A stretch of DNA of 30,903 bases, from IMG/VR virus record IMGVR_UViG_3300031851_000110, positions 1 through 30,903 of that record; one strand, given 5' to 3'. Below are positions 26,431 to 30,903 of the stretch, in pieces. Both the position numbers and the translations under genes were made by a program. The notes below the pieces were generated by a model. That model was not told the DNA's origin and made no database searches. It worked only from the letters and a program-made list of their open reading frames with translations. Each line of letters opens with the position of its first letter. Position 1 is the stretch's first letter. The DNA is from a virus (taxonomy: Duplodnaviria > Caudoviricetes).

Positions 26431-28756
26431 TGTTTTAATAATTTTATTACTTGGTGCCTGTGCTAGTGGCGGAGGTTCTGCTGGTTTAGTTATGGAAACT
26501 ACCATTACACCACCTCCAACAACTACAACTAATCCAAATGACAAGAGGCATCAGTTTGAATCGTTTTTCGATGAATACACAGAATCCTCTAGTTCTCTTG
26601 GTTACAACAGAGTAACGTATCAAGTAGGTGAGTTTAACGATACACAATGGGTTAACGGAAAATATACTGTAGAAGATTTTTCATTTTTACAAGTTATAAT
26701 TGACGGTAGTCATGGTGGTAAGGATCAAAATGATCCAAATAGTGACGAGTATTCGGAACCCGGAAATTGGATGACTAATGCAAGTTTAGTTATTGAAAAT
26801 GACATCAATCAAGATGGGCACAGCGACTTTGTAATTTACATGCAAACATTCGGTGATAGAAATACACTACCTGGTATGAGAATGTTACAGTTTGTAAATG
26901 ATGGTAGCGGACATTTCCAATTAGACTGTAGTGTGTTTGAAAATAACACTTGCCCTATTGTGTTTGGCGAAGGTTCTACTATGAACAATTTAGGTTGGTG
27001 GCACAACGAAGGTGCCCCAGTTCAAGAATACAATATGGGTGTTGCACATCAATATGATTTGAATGGTGACGGTAATAAAGATATTTTTAATGTTAGTCAA
27101 CTATGGCTTACAGAAAATGGACAGTTTGTTAATTCGCATGATAACTTGCCAGACTTTATGTTTGAAAACTTAAATGCTGATGGTGTTAATGTTGGTATTT
27201 TTGTTCACGACCATGCAGTAGGTGACTTAAATGGCGACGGTTACAATGATATATTCATGCCTAACACCACTCCTATAAGTACACACAACAACGGCTACAA
27301 GTTTTTTATGCTAAACGATGGCACAGGTAACTTTAAAGATGTTAGTTTTAAAGTAGGGCACTCAGCCTACTTTGCTACATCTACAACTATTGCAGATTTT
27401 GACAACGATGGATTTGGCGATATTGCATTAGGTTGGAGTGCTTCTGCTTATAGAGACTTAGGTGGTAATAGTGTCGGCGGAATATATTGGGGCAATACCG
27501 ATATGGATTATACCCGAGACTATACAGCATTACCTCCAGGCTATTATGAGAATAATATTGCATTTGATATGCAAGTAATAGACTCGAACAATGACGGACT
27601 GTTAGATATTCTTATTGCTAATACAAACGGTGATCCTTATTATCAAGGGCATGTTTTACAATTGATTATGAATGACGGAAATAGACAGTTTTTTAATTGT
27701 TCATTCCTAGACGACGGTGCTACTGACAGTGATATAGGTGCAGGACATATTTACGTTTTAGACTTTGACCATGATGGTGATATGGATATTTTTGTAGGTC
27801 CTGGACAAGACTCGTATGTACTTTACAACAACGATGGCGACTGGAGTTGCAAAAATTGTGAATTTGCTAGACCTGATAATGGTGCAGTAATGAGTTTGTT
27901 ATTTCCTGTAGAAGTCGATGGCATGTATGAGTATGACTTTATTGGTATTGACATTATGAGTATGGGTGATACACAGACTGTTAGTAATTTTTATATTAGT
28001 TTAGATCCTCCAGCACAATTAGGAGAAATGCGTACTGAACTTTTTGATAAGTCTAAGAATTATGCTCAAACGGTGTTTACAAATAAAACAATGTTTCATA
28101 ACATAAAAAATGCAACTAAATCTAGTAGTGTGTTTTATGTCGACAATCAGTTTAATAGCATAGCAGGATATTCACACAACTTTGATGATTTTGGAATTAC
28201 TGTAGGTCAAACAAACGAAGGTGCAATGTTTTATTTAGACAAACAACAAGGCACATATCATTATGGTATTGGATATTTTAACAATACAATCGATGCACAA
28301 AATTATGGCAAGTGGTATGGAACAGGTACAGCAGAATTAGATTTTCAAACACTTAATATGTTTGCAGAAAAGATTTCGCCTATATCAAATAATTTGTACA
28401 TCACGACAGGTGTAGCATATTATAATACAGATGTTGCAAGTTTTACAGAAAACCACAGTCAATATAATGTAAGTGTAAAAGATTTTACATTAAACGATAT
28501 TGAGTTGTATGTGGATGTTACTTACAATTTACATAGTAAGTTTGGAGCAACATTTATTACTGTAGGTGCTAGTTCACATAAAAGTTTATCTACAACAAAT
28601 ATACAATGGGACGGTGGTCTGGTATCACAGTTTGATTATGATAAGCATGTTAGTAGAACTACTATAGGTCATGTGTATGGTCCGCTTTATGCAAAAGCAA
28701 CTTTTAGTTCTGTTGAAATGGATACTTATGAAGTTGGTTTCCAATTAAAGTTTTAA
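26411..28756 (+). CDS. Predicted lipoprotein with FG-GAP/VCBS repeats and autotransporter-like C-terminal beta-barrel
   Basis: Signal peptide with lipobox LGAC, P/T linker, six DxDxDG-type loops (DINQDGHSD, DLNGDGNKD, DLNGDGYND, DFDNDGFGD, DSNNDGLLD, DFDHDGDMD), amphipathic beta C-terminus ending YEVGFQLKF. Confidence 0.75.
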   Translation: MLKNIASVLIILLLGACASGGGSAGLVMETTITPPPTTTTNPNDKRHQFESFFDEYTESSSSLGYNRVTYQVGEFNDTQWVNGKYTVEDFSFLQVIIDGSHGGKDQNDPNSDEYSEPGNWMTNASLVIENDINQDGHSDFVIYMQTFGDRNTLPGMRMLQFVNDGSGHFQLDCSVFENNTCPIVFGEGSTMNNLGWWHNEGAPVQEYNMGVAHQYDLNGDGNKDIFNVSQLWLTENGQFVNSHDNLPDFMFENLNADGVNVGIFVHDHAVGDLNGDGYNDIFMPNTTPISTHNNGYKFFMLNDGTGNFKDVSFKVGHSAYFATSTTIADFDNDGFGDIALGWSASAYRDLGGNSVGGIYWGNTDMDYTRDYTALPPGYYENNIAFDMQVIDSNNDGLLDILIANTNGDPYYQGHVLQLIMNDGNRQFFNCSFLDDGATDSDIGAGHIYVLDFDHDGDMDIFVGPGQDSYVLYNNDGDWSCKNCEFARPDNGAVMSLLFPVEVDGMYEYDFIGIDIMSMGDTQTVSNFYISLDPPAQLGEMRTELFDKSKNYAQTVFTNKTMFHNIKNATKSSSVFYVDNQFNSIAGYSHNFDDFGITVGQTNEGAMFYLDKQQGTYHYGIGYFNNTIDAQNYGKWYGTGTAELDFQTLNMFAEKISPISNNLYITTGVAYYNTDVASFTENHSQYNVSVKDFTLNDIELYVDVTYNLHSKFGATFITVGASSHKSLSTTNIQWDGGLVSQFDYDKHVSRTTIGHVYGPLYAKATFSSVEMDTYEVGFQLKF

Positions 28757-28992
28757 TCGTCCATCCAGTCGCCATCTTTTTGACCACTCTTCTGTTTATT
28801 ATATTTGTTGAGTGTTTTAACTAGTAGCATTCTTTCGTTAGGACTTAATTGCCATGCTTCAGAATATGACACGGCGCCCTCACTATAAATAGCCAACTCT
28901 ACTACTTGTTTGGTAATTGCTGTTTGGTCTTTTTCGAGTTTGCCTAAGTATCCTGAGATTTTCTCAGGATCGGCTGACCCTAGGTACCCGTG
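28753..28992 (-). CDS. Start-less ORF (gp51-like / tail chaperone T-segment), probably reached by -1 frameshift
   Basis: 79 open codons HGYLGSADPEKISGYLGKLEKDQTAITKQVVELAIYSEGAVSYSEAWQLSPNERMLLVKTLNKYNKQKSGQKDGDWMDD, filling the gap exactly; no start codon near its 5' end. Confidence 0.7.
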   Translation of the reverse strand, partial: HGYLGSADPEKISGYLGKLEKDQTAITKQVVELAIYSEGAVSYSEAWQLSPNERMLLVKTLNKYNKQKSGQKDGDWMDD

Positions 28993-29858
28993 AAAAAATT
29001 TACAGGATCGAAGTTGATATCATTCTCCCACTCGTTCCCACATTCTTCATTACTGCATGTAACTCTAACTTTGTTGTTTACACCTTTAGCATTTATACCA
29101 TTAATAAATTCTTCAATTTCTTTACCTGTATTATTATCAGTGTTTTCTAAAAACTCTCTAATAATAGTTTTATCATCGAGGGTTACATCTTTGCCTTCCT
29201 CATTTTGATAGGTAATGTTATGTATTGCATCTATTAGTAGTTCAAAGTTCAAGTCTGCTAGTTTTACAAAACTTTCATTGAATGCACTTAAACGATCCAT
29301 GTCGTCTTTCATTTCTGAGATACTTTGCATACTTCTTGTACTTTGGAAACTGGCAATACCTGCCTTAATAGTATTTTTGTAACTAAAAGGTGCACCTGCA
29401 ATTTTTAATCCATTATTTAATGTCATAGAGTATAAGTCATCTAGGTCTTCCATTTGACTTAGACTTTCTGTAACACTAATTTGTACGTCTGTTATTGTCT
29501 GACATTTAGGACATTCAGCGGCAACATCTACGTCATCACCACCACTTGCACCTCTAATTGCAATTAATAATGCGTCAACATCTGCACTAAACAATTCTCT
29601 TGCATTCTTAACTTCTGGTACGCATGAGTGAATTAAACTTGCTACTGCTTCACCATTCAGCAATGCATCTGGGTTTTTCAATAGTAATTCATCTTTTGTA
29701 GTCATTGGATAAATTGCTAGTTCGCCATTACTTTCTCCACCAAAGTCAACTATACCCTCTTTATAAAATCTGCCTCCGCTGGGAATAGCAGTATATAGTT
29801 TAGGTGACCTAAAATAGGCACTTAACGGATTTTGCGGATTGTTCATATTTTTGCTCAT
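28980..29858 (-). CDS. Baseplate hub assembly / tail assembly chaperone (T4 gp26-like)
   Basis: NPLSAYFRSPKLY..IPSGG, PMTTKDELLLKNPDALLNG, DVDALLIAIRGAS, CPKC and CSNEEC motifs, ending DPVNFF; AGGAG RBS. Confidence 0.75.
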   Translation of the reverse strand: MSKNMNNPQNPLSAYFRSPKLYTAIPSGGRFYKEGIVDFGGESNGELAIYPMTTKDELLLKNPDALLNGEAVASLIHSCVPEVKNARELFSADVDALLIAIRGASGGDDVDVAAECPKCQTITDVQISVTESLSQMEDLDDLYSMTLNNGLKIAGAPFSYKNTIKAGIASFQSTRSMQSISEMKDDMDRLSAFNESFVKLADLNFELLIDAIHNITYQNEEGKDVTLDDKTIIREFLENTDNNTGKEIEEFINGINAKGVNNKVRVTCSNEECGNEWENDINFDPVNFFTGT

Positions 29859-29881
29859 TAAAACTCCTGTTAATTCTTCTA

Positions 29882-29889
29882 GATAAATA
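29882..29889 (+). promoter_or_regulatory. Putative late promoter GATAAATA (toward tape-measure-like gene)
   Basis: Same octamer as at 14026 and 20310. Confidence 0.55.
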
Positions 29890-29931
29890 CGTTTGTGTAG
29901 TTAAATTAGTATCTAGGAATAACGTAGTACT

Positions 29932-29939
29932 TATTTATC
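29932..29939 (-). promoter_or_regulatory. Putative late promoter GATAAATA (toward gp26-like gene)
   Basis: Same octamer, intergenic, next to the palindrome. Confidence 0.55.
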
Positions 29940-29943
29940 TTCA

Positions 29944-29959
29944 TTAAAACTAGTTTTAA
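29944..29959. promoter_or_regulatory. Perfect 16-bp palindrome TTAAAACTAGTTTTAA, second copy
   Basis: Identical to the core of 14041-14058. Confidence 0.6.
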
Positions 29960-29971
29960 AGGATTTCTTGA

Positions 29972-30903
29972 GTGGCAGTAGAATTTAACATAGAAGGACA
30001 ACCGTATCGCTTTCCAGATTGGGCGACAGAATCCACACAGGAACAAGTTCTAGGCATTCTCACATCTATTGCAAAAAAGAATGGAGTAGATACAAAAACA
30101 CTTACAGCAATAGAAACATCTAACAAAGAATTAGTTAAACAACTAAAAGATGATGCTAAAAAAGGTAAAGCCGACACAGCAGAACAAGTAAAGGCTGACA
30201 AAGACCTTAAAAAAGCAGTAGAAACTATCACACATGCTGTTGACAAAGGCACAGAAGCAACACTTAAAAAACAATCTGAAGATTCGAAAGAATATAAAAC
30301 CTATATAGACAAAGTTATTGATAACTTGGAATCAGACGGCGAGCAATTACTAGGAACTATCGGTAGTGTTACATGGGGACTCGGTAAGTTTTCTTTATTC
30401 GTAGGCGGTGCATTATTAACTGGAGCAACATACGTTGGTGCCAAGTTAATGGAAGCAGGTTCTACAATTAACGAAATGACTAAAGCCGGTGTTGGCTTTA
30501 GTTCTATGTATTCTGATGTAGGTAAAGGTACTACTGAAGCAGTAGCAGGATTGGGAGCATTAGGATTAGGATTTAAAGGTGCGGCCCAAATGATGATTAA
30601 TAGTAGTAATGTTATTGCTACTCAAGGTTTTGGCAGATTTGAAGAAACAATGAAATTTGCCGCAGATACTTCTGAAGAACTCGGAATGAGTTTTGAAGAC
30701 AGTATGGAAAGATTTGGCGATGCGTTAAACAGGCGTCAAGGTTTATTAAACTTAGGTAATATAGACCAGCAAAGATTAAACAAACAAATACAAACAACAA
30801 CTAAATTCCAACAAGGATTCGCTACAGCATTAGGTGTTGGTACAGCAGAGATGCAGAATTTTGTAGATTCATTAATAGACGGAAACGGATTATTAGTGTC
30901 TTC
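29972..30903 (+). CDS. Tape-measure-like protein, N-terminal part (runs off window)
   Basis: Not in ORF track. GTG start with AAGGA RBS; MAVEFNIEGQPYRFPDWATESTQEQVL...; helical A/G/K/E-rich sequence with a hydrophobic segment (FSLFVGGALLTGATYVG); open to the window end; adjacent to the chaperone-like gene. Confidence 0.7.
   Translation, partial: MAVEFNIEGQPYRFPDWATESTQEQVLGILTSIAKKNGVDTKTLTAIETSNKELVKQLKDDAKKGKADTAEQVKADKDLKKAVETITHAVDKGTEATLKKQSEDSKEYKTYIDKVIDNLESDGEQLLGTIGSVTWGLGKFSLFVGGALLTGATYVGAKLMEAGSTINEMTKAGVGFSSMYSDVGKGTTEAVAGLGALGLGFKGAAQMMINSSNVIATQGFGRFEETMKFAADTSEELGMSFEDSMERFGDALNRRQGLLNLGNIDQQRLNKQIQTTTKFQQGFATALGVGTAEMQNFVDSLIDGNGLLVS

Noticed and set aside
25942-26544. Minus-strand ORFs 25942-26166 and 26227-26544
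   Set aside because: They overlap the promoter region and the SWIM/lipoprotein genes in antisense.
28950-28970. 9-bp hairpin as an intrinsic terminator of the gp26-like gene
   Set aside because: No U-tract follows on the minus strand; it lies within an open coding frame and fits a frameshift stimulator better.
28917-30800. ORFs at 28917, 28990, 29956 and 30618
   Set aside because: Antisense shadows of the gp26-like and tape-measure-like genes.
1-30903. Stop-codon reassignment as in some large phages
   Set aside because: Long genes are intact under the standard code, and TAG ends several genes at sensible positions.

Overview
AT-rich fragment of a large T4-like (myovirus, probably jumbo-type) phage genome, standard genetic code. 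The minus strand carries a contractile-tail baseplate module: tube-initiator-like, gp53/LysM-like, hub, gp5-like spike, gp25, gp6-like wedge and a >3000-aa wedge protein. That last ORF runs off the left edge and is absent from the ORF track. The plus strand carries the T4-type block gp55 (late sigma)-gp47-gp46 followed by a short GIY-YIG nuclease. Accessory genes include an alpha/beta hydrolase, two 2OG-Fe(II)-oxygenase-like paralogs, a SWIM protein and an FG-GAP lipoprotein with an autotransporter-like C-terminus. The right end has a gp26-like gene and the start of a tape-measure-like gene. The main observations are: (1) a ~400-nt multi-stem non-coding element with G-U pairs directly downstream of the GIY-YIG gene, a candidate nuclease-associated large RNA; (2) an unannotated -1 frameshift site (A AAU UUU UUC plus hairpin) joining the gp26-like gene to a start-less gp51-like ORF; (3) NATAAATA late promoters placed to give leaderless mRNAs; (4) a repeated palindromic operator. 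All structures and family calls were made by eye and need computational confirmation.
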